Source: Minisyncoccota bacterium (GTDB lineage: Bacteria > Patescibacteriota > Minisyncoccia > Phycocordibacterales > Phycocordibacteraceae). From it: a stretch of 64,000 bases of DNA. Below the pieces are notes generated by a model. That model worked only from the letters and a program-made list of their open reading frames with translations, had not been told where the DNA came from and searched no databases. A program made the position numbers and the translations under genes. This document shows, one piece after another, positions 8,973 through 18,857 of this stretch (positions are counted from its first letter, which is position 1; each line of letters starts with the position of its first letter). The DNA lies in NCBI GenBank assembly GCA_035627595.1, contig DASPLK010000001.1, positions 5,619-69,618 of the forward strand, read 5' to 3'.

Positions 8973-9548
8973 ATGGCTATCCTTTCCTATAACGAAATCG
9001 TCCAGAAGACCGTCATCGACTACAACGGCGAGCCGTACGAAGTCCTCTCATCGCATGTCTTCCGCATGCAGCAGCGTAAGCCTGTGAATCAAACCAAGCT
9101 CCGTAACCTTGTCTCCGGTAAAGTTATTGAGATCTCTTTTCACCAAAGCGAGTCCGTTCCGGAAGCGGATATCTCTCGCATGAACGCGAACTACCTCTAC
9201 ACGAACCGCGGCGAGTCCTGGTTCGCAGAGGAAGGTAATGCGAAGAACCGCTTCGCGTTTCCTGAGGATGCGATCGCGGACAAGGTGAAGTGGCTCAAGC
9301 AGAATGCAACAGTCGAAATACTCCTCTTTAAGGACAATCCCATCACCGTTCGTATCCCGGTTAAGGTGGACCTCGCCGTAAAGGAGGCGCCGCCAGCAGT
9401 TAGAGGCGATACCGCGACTGGTGGCGATAAGAAGGTGGTCATGGAGACCGGCGCCGTGGTCTCTACTCCCCTCTTTATTAATGTAGGCGACATCCTCAAG
9501 ATCAATACCGACACCGGCGAGTACGTTGAGCGCGTCGAGAAAGCATAA
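8973..9548 (+). CDS. efp: translation elongation factor P
   Basis: PPAVRGDTATGGDK, ETGAVVSTPLFINVGD, NTDTGEYVER. Confidence 0.95.
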   Translation: MAILSYNEIVQKTVIDYNGEPYEVLSSHVFRMQQRKPVNQTKLRNLVSGKVIEISFHQSESVPEADISRMNANYLYTNRGESWFAEEGNAKNRFAFPEDAIADKVKWLKQNATVEILLFKDNPITVRIPVKVDLAVKEAPPAVRGDTATGGDKKVVMETGAVVSTPLFINVGDILKINTDTGEYVERVEKA

Positions 9549-9564
9549 TCCTTCTCTAATGAAA

Positions 9565-9592
9565 GAAGCCCCATCCTTACGGACGGGGCTTC
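9565..9592. terminator. hairpin after efp
   Basis: GAAGCCCC...GGGGCTTC inverted repeat. Confidence 0.6.
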
Positions 9593-9621
9593 GCGCGTTA
9601 TGCGCTTTTTGATGCCGTGTT

Positions 9622-9807
9622 CTACGACATCGGGTCGGGGATCGCTACAACCACTCTTTCAGTGGGAGCGCTCTCCATGGAATTTGCGATTGCGACACTG
9701 CCGCACACGACAGTTAACGTGGCGACGAACGCGAGGAAGACAACGCGACAAAGGCTCGGTTTCTTATTCTTTTGCATTTTCCACTTTTTGGTTGGAATGA
9801 ACAACAA
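9622..9807 (-). CDS. small hypothetical protein with signal/TM helix
   Basis: Basic N-terminus plus hydrophobic helix; fills the gap between two hairpins; start uncertain. Confidence 0.4.
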   Translation of the reverse strand: MLFIPTKKWKMQKNKKPSLCRVVFLAFVATLTVVCGSVAIANSMESAPTERVVVAIPDPMS

Positions 9808-9914
9808 ATGCGACGCCGGATTGCGTCGCCTTCATATATAAACATGAAGAGCTCATGTTTGGCAAATCTGTACCAAATGAGCGAGGCCCGCGCGGTGCGC
9901 GAGCCTCATATGCC

Positions 9915-10133
9915 CTAGTTGGAATGTAAGCCCTGCCGCGCCTGCCGCTCCATGTCAGCAACCAGCTGCAACGCACGGTCCCACACTCCGTCGAAAAAAC
10001 TCACGATCAAAGGCCAGACCAGCGGAGCCGTCATCACCAGGATCATCAGAAGGACGATCACCCCGATATGCATGTGCATCCCGTCCTTGACGCTTCGATC
10101 GCGTCGGTCATATTCTTCGCCACACGAAGCCAT
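9915..10133 (-). CDS. small single-TM hypothetical protein
   Basis: Strong SD (AGGAGGAGG) before ATG 10133, one TM helix, and a hairpin downstream. Confidence 0.55.
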   Translation of the reverse strand: MASCGEEYDRRDRSVKDGMHMHIGVIVLLMILVMTAPLVWPLIVSFFDGVWDRALQLVADMERQARQGLHSN

Positions 10134-10232
10134 GCATTCCTCCTCCTGAGCGGTGCGCTCCCAGGAGATGAAACCATGTCGCATGAAAAATGGCAAAGAT
10201 GACAATGCACCTACTCCCTGCTACCGTATAGA

Positions 10233-10450
10233 TAGTTTGAGTCACCCCACCGGGACGGCAGAGGCAGGGCACACCGATCCCTGAATTGAGGCCCCGAGGG
10301 GTTTCCGGTTGGGGTTGCGGTCGCCACCCTTTGGGCTGCGGTGCCTTGATCCATCTGAGTGGCGTTATGCCGCAGGAACCATGGCCTAAGCAACTGTGGA
10401 GTGATCAAGGGTTGAGCCCCTCGCGCTAGGCGCGAGGGGCTCTTAAATTT
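10233..10450 (+). ncRNA. unidentified ~180-nt structured RNA with its own promoter and terminator
   Basis: ATGACA-N17-TACCGT at 10199-10227. The 5' and 3' ends pair (TTGAGTCACCCCAC/GTGGAGTGATCAA), with internal pairs AGGCC/GGCCT, TGCGG/CCGCA and CGCCAC/GTGGCG. Terminator at 10414-10450. Confidence 0.6.
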
Positions 10451-10467
10451 ACCCTATTGAGATCTGC

Positions 10468-10674
10468 TTACGCGGAGAGGTATGGGAGAAGTCCCATATA
10501 GCGGGCGCGCTTGACCGCAAGTGCGATCTGGCGCTGCTTCTCTGCCGTCATGCCCGTACGCTTCCTACCTACGATCTTAGCGTGCGTGTTCATGAACTGG
10601 CGGAGGTACGCGACATCTTTGTAGTCGACAAACTTCTTGTGTTCGAGCTCTTCGCGCTCTGACTGATGTGCCAT
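10468..10674 (-). CDS. rpsR: 30S ribosomal protein bS18
   Basis: VDYKDV..LRQF...KI..RKRTG...KQRQIALAVKRARYMGLLPY. Confidence 0.97.
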   Translation of the reverse strand: MAHQSEREELEHKKFVDYKDVAYLRQFMNTHAKIVGRKRTGMTAEKQRQIALAVKRARYMGLLPYLSA

Positions 10675-10700
10675 GTTAGTACGTGTTATGGGTTAGTAAT

Positions 10701-11144
10701 CTAGAACGGAATGTCCTCTGGATTGATCTCGTCATCCGGGTACTGGATGGAGTCGCCTCCGGTATCCTGGGACTGGTCGTCCGCAGCGGGAGCCTGACGG
10801 CCACCATCGGCGCGCTCGCCACCTGCAGGACCGAACTGGAAATTGTCGACGACGATCTCCGTGCGGTACTTCTTTTGGCCTTCTGCCTCCCATGAGCGGG
10901 TTTGCATGCGGCCTTCGACAAATACCGGGCGTCCCTTCTTTAGGTACTGGCCCATCACCTCTGCGGTGCGACCGAATGCGACGATATTGTGGAACTCGGT
11001 CTGCTCCTGCTGCTGGCCCTCCTTGTTACGGAAGGAGCGGTTGGTTGCGAGGCCAAAGGTTGCTACCTGCTGTCCCGACGGCAATGCGCGGAGTTCCGGA
11101 TCGCGCGTAAGGTTGCCGTACAGAAGGACTTTGTTGAGATACAT
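10701..11144 (-). CDS. ssb: single-stranded DNA-binding protein
   Basis: NKVLLYGNLTRDPELR and C-terminal EDIPF. Confidence 0.98.
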   Translation of the reverse strand: MYLNKVLLYGNLTRDPELRALPSGQQVATFGLATNRSFRNKEGQQQEQTEFHNIVAFGRTAEVMGQYLKKGRPVFVEGRMQTRSWEAEGQKKYRTEIVVDNFQFGPAGGERADGGRQAPAADDQSQDTGGDSIQYPDDEINPEDIPF

Positions 11145-11151
11145 AGGTCTA

Positions 11152-11649
11152 TTATACCCCTGCGTCCTTCAATGCCTGATCGAGATCAGCATCCGCAAAT
11201 CCCTCCTCGCCTTCTAGCTTCTCTGGGGAGCGGAACATGATCTCGTGCATCTCAGCCGCATGGGTTGCTGCCTCCTTCGTAGTCTTCAAGTCGATGAAGC
11301 GCACGAAACGGGGCTCGCTCTGTGCCATCTCAAGGACGGTACCGTGTCCTTCAGTGGTCGCGTCATACGCGATCCATGCGAAGTATGCGGATACGAAATC
11401 CCTGCGGCCTGTTGTCTCCTGGCGGGAGATGGTGTATGCGAGCTGGATCTTCTCCGGCTCACCTTCCGCGACGATGTCGCCTGCTGCCGCGATCTTCTCG
11501 CGGATAGCCTGATAGGTTTTCTTCACCTCTTCCTGGGGTAGTTCAGGATCGATGTGGAAGCCAAGCTCGTAGGTACGGGTTTCGTTATTACCCTCCTCGA
11601 TCTCTAGCTCGGTGCTATCAACACCGTGTTCGATTTCCTTTTCATTCAT
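11152..11649 (-). CDS. rpsF: 30S ribosomal protein bS6
   Basis: YEL...P, LAYTI motif, rpsF-ssb-rpsR synteny. Confidence 0.9.
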   Translation of the reverse strand: MNEKEIEHGVDSTELEIEEGNNETRTYELGFHIDPELPQEEVKKTYQAIREKIAAAGDIVAEGEPEKIQLAYTISRQETTGRRDFVSAYFAWIAYDATTEGHGTVLEMAQSEPRFVRFIDLKTTKEAATHAAEMHEIMFRSPEKLEGEEGFADADLDQALKDAGV

Positions 11650-11697
11650 AACGGGCGAACTGTACCACGCGGATTCTGACCCCGCAATGAAGCCGTT

Positions 11698-12483
11698 TTA
11701 GAGCCTGAAGACCCGTCGTGCGTTCTCAAGGATGGCGGCCCTGACCGTGTCCTGCTCCTCACCGCGTATGCGAGCGATGGCGCCTACAACATCAATAACT
11801 GCCAAAGGGTCGTTCCGGGTGCCACGCCTCCCTTCCGGTGCTACATAGGGCGCATCGGTCTCAGAAATAATCGCTGTAAGCGGTATAGAGCGAATGACCT
11901 CGTCGTAGTCCTTGGTGAAGGTGAGGACTGCGGTAAAGGAAAGCGTAAACCCGAGCGCAACGAGCGCCTGTGCCTCTTCTACTCCGCCTACAAAGAAATG
12001 TACGTCGCCGAACAAGCGGTCGCCGTGCTCAGCCTTCTTCTCAGTCAGAATTTCAATAAGGTCCTGATATGCATTCTGCGTCCCTTTGGTAGGGCGCGCA
12101 TGGATGATGAGCGGCTTATCGAGCGAGGTCGCGATATCGACATGTTTTAGGAAGAGCTCTTTTTGGCGACCCTTATCGGATTCCTCTTGTCGGTAGTAGT
12201 CGAGGCCACACTCCCCTATTGCGATTACCTTTGAGTGCGCAGCAAGCGCGCGGTACTTCTCTATATCAAACACCTCGGTCGTATTGTCGTTTGGATGGAG
12301 GCCCACCGACGCGTAGAGGTCGTCGCATCCTTCGACAAGCGCAATGGCGCGCTCGCTTGAGGCGTAGTCAACACCGACCATAATTGCACCCACATCCTGT
12401 TCCTGCATCTTTTGCAGGATCTCTTCCTTATCCGCGTCATACGGCGGGAACTGTACATGCGCATGCGCATCGAAATACTTCAT
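11698..12483 (-). CDS. tatD: TatD family deoxyribonuclease
   Basis: DAHAH, GLHP, AIGECGLDYY, ETDAPY. Confidence 0.95.
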   Translation of the reverse strand: MKYFDAHAHVQFPPYDADKEEILQKMQEQDVGAIMVGVDYASSERAIALVEGCDDLYASVGLHPNDNTTEVFDIEKYRALAAHSKVIAIGECGLDYYRQEESDKGRQKELFLKHVDIATSLDKPLIIHARPTKGTQNAYQDLIEILTEKKAEHGDRLFGDVHFFVGGVEEAQALVALGFTLSFTAVLTFTKDYDEVIRSIPLTAIISETDAPYVAPEGRRGTRNDPLAVIDVVGAIARIRGEEQDTVRAAILENARRVFRL

Positions 12484-12618
12484 GGGAAGACGATACCACG
12501 GCACCTCATAATTGCTTCAGGCAGGGAGACGTATAGTACACGCACGTCTCCGAGAGAATATCGAGTATCTCGATGAAGACGTCAGCAAGGTGGCGCACAA
12601 GGTGTGGCCGCTTTGCGT

Positions 12619-14043
12619 TTATGTGAGCCGCGGGAAAAGATTTTCTGGTTTCTTGTTCTCCCGCACCGCATTCAATATCTTCTCTGCTGTATCTGGCATG
12701 ATGGGCGTCAGGTGCGCTGCTATCTTCGCGAGGTGACGGACGAGTTTCTCAATATCAGCCAGCGCGATGTCCTTTTCGTCGGTTTTTATCTTCTTATATG
12801 GCTCTCGCTCAGTCATGTACTCGTCCCCCTTCCCTACGTGCTCAAAGATGAGGTCCATCGCCTCATTGAATGCAAAGCCCTCGATCATCTTCGTAAATGC
12901 TGGCTCGATGGTGACATCCTCTTTTGAAAGCGCGACCGGTGTAAGATGCTCCTCAGCAAGTTTCATCACGCGCGCGACCAGGTTCCCGAGTCCGTTCACG
13001 AGGTTTGCGGTATACCACTCGTCTAAGCGTTCCCAGGTGACGTCCGAATCCTCGACTGGATGCACATGACGCAAGAACAGGTATCGGGTGGCATCGGTAC
13101 CGTATTTCTCCACCAACTCATACGGGCTGATGACATTGCCTAAAGACTTGCTCATTCTTTGTCCGCCCGAGTTAATGAAGCCATGATAGAAGACATGGTC
13201 GGTGTTCTTGATATCGGCGGACATGAGCATCGCCTGCCACATGAGTGACTGGAAACGCACCTGATCCTTGCCTGCCATTTGCACAGTCGTGCCTTCGACC
13301 CAGTATTTCTCAAAATTGCCTGACTCCGGCCACCCGAGCGTGGAGATGTAGCTCGTGAGCGCATCGAACCACACATACATGACCTGTGAGTCATCGCCTG
13401 GTACGGGAACGCCCCAGGTGAGTTTCTCCTTTTGTCGCGAGATGCTGAAATCCTCTAGCCCTCCTGAAACGAAATTGATCGCTTCCTCCCTCCTCCATTC
13501 AGGCACGATGCTGCCGGACTGTGCCAAGTACGAAAGAAGCTTCTCCTGGTATGCACTCAAGCGGAAGAAGTAGTTCTCCTCTGTGAGCTCACGCAATTCA
13601 AGTGAAGGGTGGAGCGCGCACCTTCTCTCCTCTATCTCACGCTCGGTCTTGTACGCTTCGCAGCCGACACAGTAGAGGCCAGTGTAGCTCTTCTTATAGA
13701 TATCGCCCTTAGCCTCACATCGCTTCCACATTTCTTGTGCGGCTCGTATGTGCTTCTCATCCGTAGTGCGAATAAAAGCATCGGTTGTCAGTCCGAGCAC
13801 ATCACGGAGCTTGTAGACCTCATTCGCGTAATGATCAACATACTCCTTCACGCCCTGGCCTTTCTTCTCAGCAGCTTCGTATATCTTCTGTCCGTGCTCG
13901 TCGGTGCCCGTAGTGAAAAATACATCTTCGCCATTAAGGCGCCACATACGAGCGAGCGCATCTGCTTGGATGATCTCAAGGGCGAACCCTATATGTGGAT
14001 CCGCATTCACGTATGGGAGCGTGGTAGTAAGGTACCGGGCCAT
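12619..14043 (-). CDS. metG: methionine--tRNA ligase (short form, no C-terminal OB domain)
   Basis: TTTLPYVNADPHIGF, GTDEHGQK, YVWFDAL, RMSKSLGN. Confidence 0.96.
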   Translation of the reverse strand: MARYLTTTLPYVNADPHIGFALEIIQADALARMWRLNGEDVFFTTGTDEHGQKIYEAAEKKGQGVKEYVDHYANEVYKLRDVLGLTTDAFIRTTDEKHIRAAQEMWKRCEAKGDIYKKSYTGLYCVGCEAYKTEREIEERRCALHPSLELRELTEENYFFRLSAYQEKLLSYLAQSGSIVPEWRREEAINFVSGGLEDFSISRQKEKLTWGVPVPGDDSQVMYVWFDALTSYISTLGWPESGNFEKYWVEGTTVQMAGKDQVRFQSLMWQAMLMSADIKNTDHVFYHGFINSGGQRMSKSLGNVISPYELVEKYGTDATRYLFLRHVHPVEDSDVTWERLDEWYTANLVNGLGNLVARVMKLAEEHLTPVALSKEDVTIEPAFTKMIEGFAFNEAMDLIFEHVGKGDEYMTEREPYKKIKTDEKDIALADIEKLVRHLAKIAAHLTPIMPDTAEKILNAVRENKKPENLFPRLT

Positions 14044-15098
14044 TATGCTGCACGCGAACGCTTGCCACGGTCGACATCGTCCAGGAACTCGCGCAGTGCA
14101 GCCGCAAGCGGGACCGCGAGTAGGACGCCGAGGAATCCGGCCAAAGCGCCACCCGCAATAAGGGCGATGATGACCATGAGCGGCGGAATACCGACGACCT
14201 TATTAACAACCAGCGGATAGATGAGGTGCGCCTCGAGCTGATTTACGATCAGGTAAAGGCCGGCAACCATGAACGCAAGCGGTAATCCTCCAAAAGAGAA
14301 CGAGATAATGACGCCTAGGATACCGGCGATAAGAGAGCCGAATATCGGAATGAGATCAAACAGGGCTGCGACCACCGCAAGCAAAAGTGCGTACGGCACA
14401 CCAAGCAGGACGAGTCCAAGATATACGATGACACCTACGATGAGCGAAAGGACGAGCTGGCCCTGCATCCAGAGACCTATCTTCTTCTTTGCCCTCCCCC
14501 AGAGACCTACGACATAGTCTTCATGCTTCTGCGGGGTGATGAAGCGAAGGAACTGCTCCACGCCTGTCTCCTGAATGGCGAAGTAGAACGAGAGAACAAT
14601 GACGAGCAAAAGGGCGAACACGCCGCCGAAGAATGCGGAGACGAGCTGTATCGCACCTTCGGAACCTTCTGCAACCGCGCTGCGGTATGTGAACAGTGTC
14701 TCGATGATGGAGGCCGCGGTACCGCCTGTATCCGCAGAGAAAAACGGGGTCTGCGTCATGCCGGACAGCCCTGCGGGAAGCTCCATGGTCTCCAGATATG
14801 CAGGCACGGATGTGAGGAAGTTCTGTGTATCGTTAAGAATTGGCGGAAGCATGAAATACACGATGCTGAACAAGGTGCCAAATACCGCCAAGTACATGAC
14901 GAGCACCGAGAGGATGCGCGGAAGCTTGTATCGCATGAAGAATTCGATGCCCGGCTCGAGCGCAGATGCGATTACGACCGCGGTGATGACGAGAAGCGCC
15001 AGATCCTTGAGAATCCAGAGCGCGTACGCGGCAGCGCCCACAGCGATAAGGCGAATGAACGTGCCGGTTGTGACAGAGATAGCTCGCGGCGTTTCCAT
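14043..15098 (-). CDS. AI-2E family transporter
   Basis: Multi-TM protein with QLEAHLIYPLV and GVLLAVPLAA motifs; start set at METPRAI. Confidence 0.9.
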   Translation of the reverse strand: METPRAISVTTGTFIRLIAVGAAAYALWILKDLALLVITAVVIASALEPGIEFFMRYKLPRILSVLVMYLAVFGTLFSIVYFMLPPILNDTQNFLTSVPAYLETMELPAGLSGMTQTPFFSADTGGTAASIIETLFTYRSAVAEGSEGAIQLVSAFFGGVFALLLVIVLSFYFAIQETGVEQFLRFITPQKHEDYVVGLWGRAKKKIGLWMQGQLVLSLIVGVIVYLGLVLLGVPYALLLAVVAALFDLIPIFGSLIAGILGVIISFSFGGLPLAFMVAGLYLIVNQLEAHLIYPLVVNKVVGIPPLMVIIALIAGGALAGFLGVLLAVPLAAALREFLDDVDRGKRSRAA

Positions 15099-15153
15099 AT
15101 TGAAAATACTAGCACCAAAACGAAAACGCGACAGCCTAGGGCTGTCGCGTTTG

Positions 15154-15537
15154 TTACCGCTCCGCATGGCAGTGTTCGTTGCGACTGGACGAATCGCTCA
15201 GGTTTAGGCTCTCGCCATCCCCCATCGGAACATCGCATATAAGTGCGATATCACCCACGACAAGCCAGTCCTCAACCAACGAGCGAGCGCTTTCTCGACT
15301 CACGACCCGGCCTTCCCGTCCGATGAAAAACGGAATGTCCGAAGCGTCGAAGAATTTGCTCGACACGCGGAACGCGACCTGTTCAGTCACGGGGTCATGA
15401 TGCGGAATCACGAAGACCATATCCCGGACGAGCGGTTCATCCTTCGGCGCATCAATCAGGCGGTATGGAAGCTCCTGGGTGCTGCCGGCAGAGAATACGG
15501 CAGCGAATGCGCACATAGACGCAAGCAGAGTTCGCAT
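15154..15537 (-). CDS. secreted hypothetical protein
   Basis: Signal peptide, SD AAGGA, downstream hairpin at about 15125-15152. Confidence 0.55.
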   Translation of the reverse strand: MRTLLASMCAFAAVFSAGSTQELPYRLIDAPKDEPLVRDMVFVIPHHDPVTEQVAFRVSSKFFDASDIPFFIGREGRVVSRESARSLVEDWLVVGDIALICDVPMGDGESLNLSDSSSRNEHCHAER

Positions 15538-15596
15538 GACATATCCTTTCTATTTAAACGAGCCCCGCCGTAGCATGGCCCTCACGGCCCAGTAGG

Positions 15597-16925
15597 TCAA
15601 GCGAGCGCGTTACGTAGGTGGTCTGCGACCTCCTCAATAGTCATGCGCTTCTGCTCGCCCGTATCACGATCACGCACAGTAACCGTATCTTTAAGCTCCG
15701 GTGTCTCTCCGAGAGTATCGAAGTCGATGGTAATACACCACGGCGTGCCAATCTCGTCCTGACGTCGGTAGCGTTTACCGATATTGCCGTTATCGTCCCA
15801 GGCAATCGCTGGATGTACCTTCTGGAGAGCTTTGCGTACTTCCCTCGCCTTCTCGACGAGCTCCGGCTTGTTCTTCAAAAGTGGTGACACCATCGCCTTT
15901 ACAGGAGCAACCTTTGGCATGAAGCGGAGCACAGTACGGGTTTCACCGCCAAGCTCATCCTCATCGTATGCTGATGCAAGAACCGCGAGGAAAGTGCGGT
16001 CTAGGCCAAACGACGGCTCGATGACATGTGGGATCAACTTCTCCTTGCTCTCCTCATCAAGATACTCAAGTGAAACGCCTGACGTCTCCATATGTGCGCG
16101 CAAATCAAAATCGGTGCGGTACGCAAGGCCCCACAACTCACGACGACCGAATGGATACTCGTACTCAAGGTCAATTGTGCGCTTGGAGTAATGTGCGAGA
16201 TCTTCTGCTGCAATCTCAGTCGGGTAGAAACGATCCATAGAGAGACCGATGGTCTTAGCGTATGCCGTTACATCAGCTTCCCACTTCGCAAATGATTCCT
16301 CCCATGCATCTGGGCGTATAAAGTACTCAATCTCCATTTGTTCAAACTCACGCAGACGGAAGACGAACTCGCGCGGTGCGATCTCATTACGAAATGCCTT
16401 ACCAATCTGCGCCATGCCGAATGGTAGCTTCGGATGGTACGTGTCAATAATATTCTTGAAATTAACAAACATGCCGCCCGCAGTCTCAGGACGAAGGTAG
16501 GCAGTGGATGATTCATCCTCTGTAGCGCCGACTGATGTTTTAAACATCATGTTGAACTGGCGCGGTTCACTTAATGTCCCCTCTTTCTTACACTCAGGGC
16601 ACGTTGAAAGGTCTTCGAGATGGTCTGCACGGAAGCGTTTCTTGCAGTTACTGCACTCGACCAGCGGGTCGGAGAACCCAGCGACATGACCTGACGCGAC
16701 CCATGCTTTCGGGTTCATAACAATGGAAGCATCCACGCCGTACATGTCATCCCGCTCCTCAACAAACATACGCCACCAGAGCTGTTTCAGGTTGTTCCGA
16801 AGAGCCACGCCATGTGGTCCATAGTCGAAGGTACCGGCCATGCCGCCATATATCTCAGAGCCGGGAAACACGAACCCGCGGCGTTTAGCCAGGGAGACGA
16901 TGGTGTCGAGGGATACATTCTTCAT
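15597..16925 (-). CDS. glyQS: glycine--tRNA ligase (alpha2, archaeal/eukaryotic type)
   Basis: YLRPETA, AQIGKAFRNEI, REFEQMEIE, VIEPSFGLDR, IGKRYRRQDEIGTP. Confidence 0.97.
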   Translation of the reverse strand: MKNVSLDTIVSLAKRRGFVFPGSEIYGGMAGTFDYGPHGVALRNNLKQLWWRMFVEERDDMYGVDASIVMNPKAWVASGHVAGFSDPLVECSNCKKRFRADHLEDLSTCPECKKEGTLSEPRQFNMMFKTSVGATEDESSTAYLRPETAGGMFVNFKNIIDTYHPKLPFGMAQIGKAFRNEIAPREFVFRLREFEQMEIEYFIRPDAWEESFAKWEADVTAYAKTIGLSMDRFYPTEIAAEDLAHYSKRTIDLEYEYPFGRRELWGLAYRTDFDLRAHMETSGVSLEYLDEESKEKLIPHVIEPSFGLDRTFLAVLASAYDEDELGGETRTVLRFMPKVAPVKAMVSPLLKNKPELVEKAREVRKALQKVHPAIAWDDNGNIGKRYRRQDEIGTPWCITIDFDTLGETPELKDTVTVRDRDTGEQKRMTIEEVADHLRNALA

Positions 16926-16933
16926 AGAAAAGG

Positions 16934-18823
16934 TTAGCGGGTGACGGTACCGAGGGAGTTATTGTACCCTGGATCGCTCGTCGTCTCGGTCGTGAGATCA
17001 GACGCAGTGCTGGTGACCTGCTTCTCTACGAAACGGTCGTAGCCTGATATCGTCTGTGGGAACACGAGTACGGGACTTGTACCTCGCTGGGAAGTGCTTG
17101 GCAAGAGTGAGACCTGGAACGCTGCCGTACGTCCGGAAGTTCCCGCAGGCATGTCCCCTACCACCCAGGAAACCTCACGGGTAGAGGCGTTATAGGTTAC
17201 AGAGCCGTCTGCAGGCTGCACCATGCCGGTAAAGGTCACGTACGACGGCAGTGTTGCGGTTACTTTAGCGCCACCAACTGAATTTACGGTATTCGATGCC
17301 GACAGCAATATAGTGTACGTCGTCTCCTGGTCGGCGACTGGCGGCCACGGGCCCGTGTTTGTAAATGGACCTGTGGAGCGCACCGCACGGGAAGTGAGCG
17401 TGAGGTCGGTCGACACCTTAACGGTCTTTGTTACGGTCGAGTTAATAGTTTCTGGAACACCCGACTCCCCGACGCGCCTTCCCGCGACCGATACGGTAAA
17501 TGTCATGGTTGGGTTCCGAAGCGCGGCGAGCTCTGCTTTGGAGCGCATGGGGACCGTGAACGATCCTCCTCCGGAGTCGCCCGGCTGAAGTTCGCGAAGT
17601 CCCGCACTTGTCTCGCGGTTAAAGACGATGGTCTGATCGCTCGAACGATAGAACCCGCTAGAAGCCTTTACATTGCGCGTGTCCGCAGCGTCGCCTGAGA
17701 CGCGAACGTTAATTTGCCCATCGAGTACAGTTGTTGGAAGCGAGTTCGCCCAGCTGAGCGTACCCTGTACCTGCTCCCCTGCCCGTACGATGACGGTGTC
17801 GCTCTCGTCGCGATTAAGGGAAAGTGCCACTCCAAGGAACGGACGCGTGATTGTGACGAGTGCTTCTTGGGTCGTATAGGTGACTGCAAGTGCCTGGCTA
17901 CCCCCACCACGCGGCGTACCCGCAGTGAAGCGGAACACCCGCTCGTCGCCTTGTTGGCCCGTAAGTATGCCGGTAACGCGGATGGTCTTTGATTCTCCCG
18001 GGGCAAGACCGCCGAGCTCGAAGAGATTGCCCTGCGCTGCGGCTGGTTCTGTACTTTGAACTTGGAATCCAAATGGATACTCCCCCATTACTGCGACGCT
18101 TTCAACTGGATCAGTGCCATTCGCACGGGCGATGACTGTAACGGTCACGGGCTGACCGGATGCGCTTTCGCTTAAAGCCGCAACCGAGAGCGAGACAGGC
18201 GAACTTGTGATGGTAAAGGAGTATTCTTCACGCTTAACAAACACGGCGTTCGACCCCTCTATACGGTATTCGAAGGTTACCGGAATGGTGACCACCTGAT
18301 TGGCCGCGCCTGAGATTACCGCGCGCGCGGTGCGGGTCGCTCGCTCCCCGGGCATGACGCTGCCTACGGTATCCGTATAGCGAACCATTTCTTCAGATGT
18401 ATTGTCTGCGGATCGCGTGCCCTCTGGGTATTCGACCGTAAGAAGCGTGCTCTCAATGGGCGCAGGATTCCGGTTGTCTATTGTGATTACAAGCTGCACC
18501 GCATCCCCGCTTGCGATGGAGGTAGGGCCTTTTATCGCTACATCGACTCGATCGGTCGATACCGATCGAGTACCGAAGAAAAGAAATAGGACCGCGATGA
18601 TAGATGCGATTGCGAAAAATGCTATCGCGCCGATCAAGAAGTACGCGGACGGTGAGATGCGCTTTTTCTCAGGCGTAGGCTCAGGCTCCCAATGCCGCTC
18701 AACTGGCGGAGGCGGAGGTGCCGCAACTGGCATGGGAGTTTCCATCCGCGGCAGATCCGCATCCTTGGCGTAGAGCTTATGCTGAAGGTCTTCAAGGCCG
18801 TGCAGGTTCTCGTCTTCGGGCAT
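16934..18823 (-). CDS. membrane-anchored multi-Ig-like (DUF11-like) extracellular protein
   Basis: Pro-rich N-terminus, single TM, long beta-rich repeats (ETTYTI...TATLPSYVTF). Confidence 0.7.
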   Translation of the reverse strand: MPEDENLHGLEDLQHKLYAKDADLPRMETPMPVAAPPPPPVERHWEPEPTPEKKRISPSAYFLIGAIAFFAIASIIAVLFLFFGTRSVSTDRVDVAIKGPTSIASGDAVQLVITIDNRNPAPIESTLLTVEYPEGTRSADNTSEEMVRYTDTVGSVMPGERATRTARAVISGAANQVVTIPVTFEYRIEGSNAVFVKREEYSFTITSSPVSLSVAALSESASGQPVTVTVIARANGTDPVESVAVMGEYPFGFQVQSTEPAAAQGNLFELGGLAPGESKTIRVTGILTGQQGDERVFRFTAGTPRGGGSQALAVTYTTQEALVTITRPFLGVALSLNRDESDTVIVRAGEQVQGTLSWANSLPTTVLDGQINVRVSGDAADTRNVKASSGFYRSSDQTIVFNRETSAGLRELQPGDSGGGSFTVPMRSKAELAALRNPTMTFTVSVAGRRVGESGVPETINSTVTKTVKVSTDLTLTSRAVRSTGPFTNTGPWPPVADQETTYTILLSASNTVNSVGGAKVTATLPSYVTFTGMVQPADGSVTYNASTREVSWVVGDMPAGTSGRTAAFQVSLLPSTSQRGTSPVLVFPQTISGYDRFVEKQVTSTASDLTTETTSDPGYNNSLGTVTR

Positions 18824-18857
18824 TTCCCAAAGTATAGCGCACGCGGAGATATGATGA

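Noticed and set aside
10211-10408. 65-aa minus-strand ORF
   Set aside because: TTG start, no coding-like composition, and it coincides with a paired RNA structure that has a plus-strand promoter and terminator
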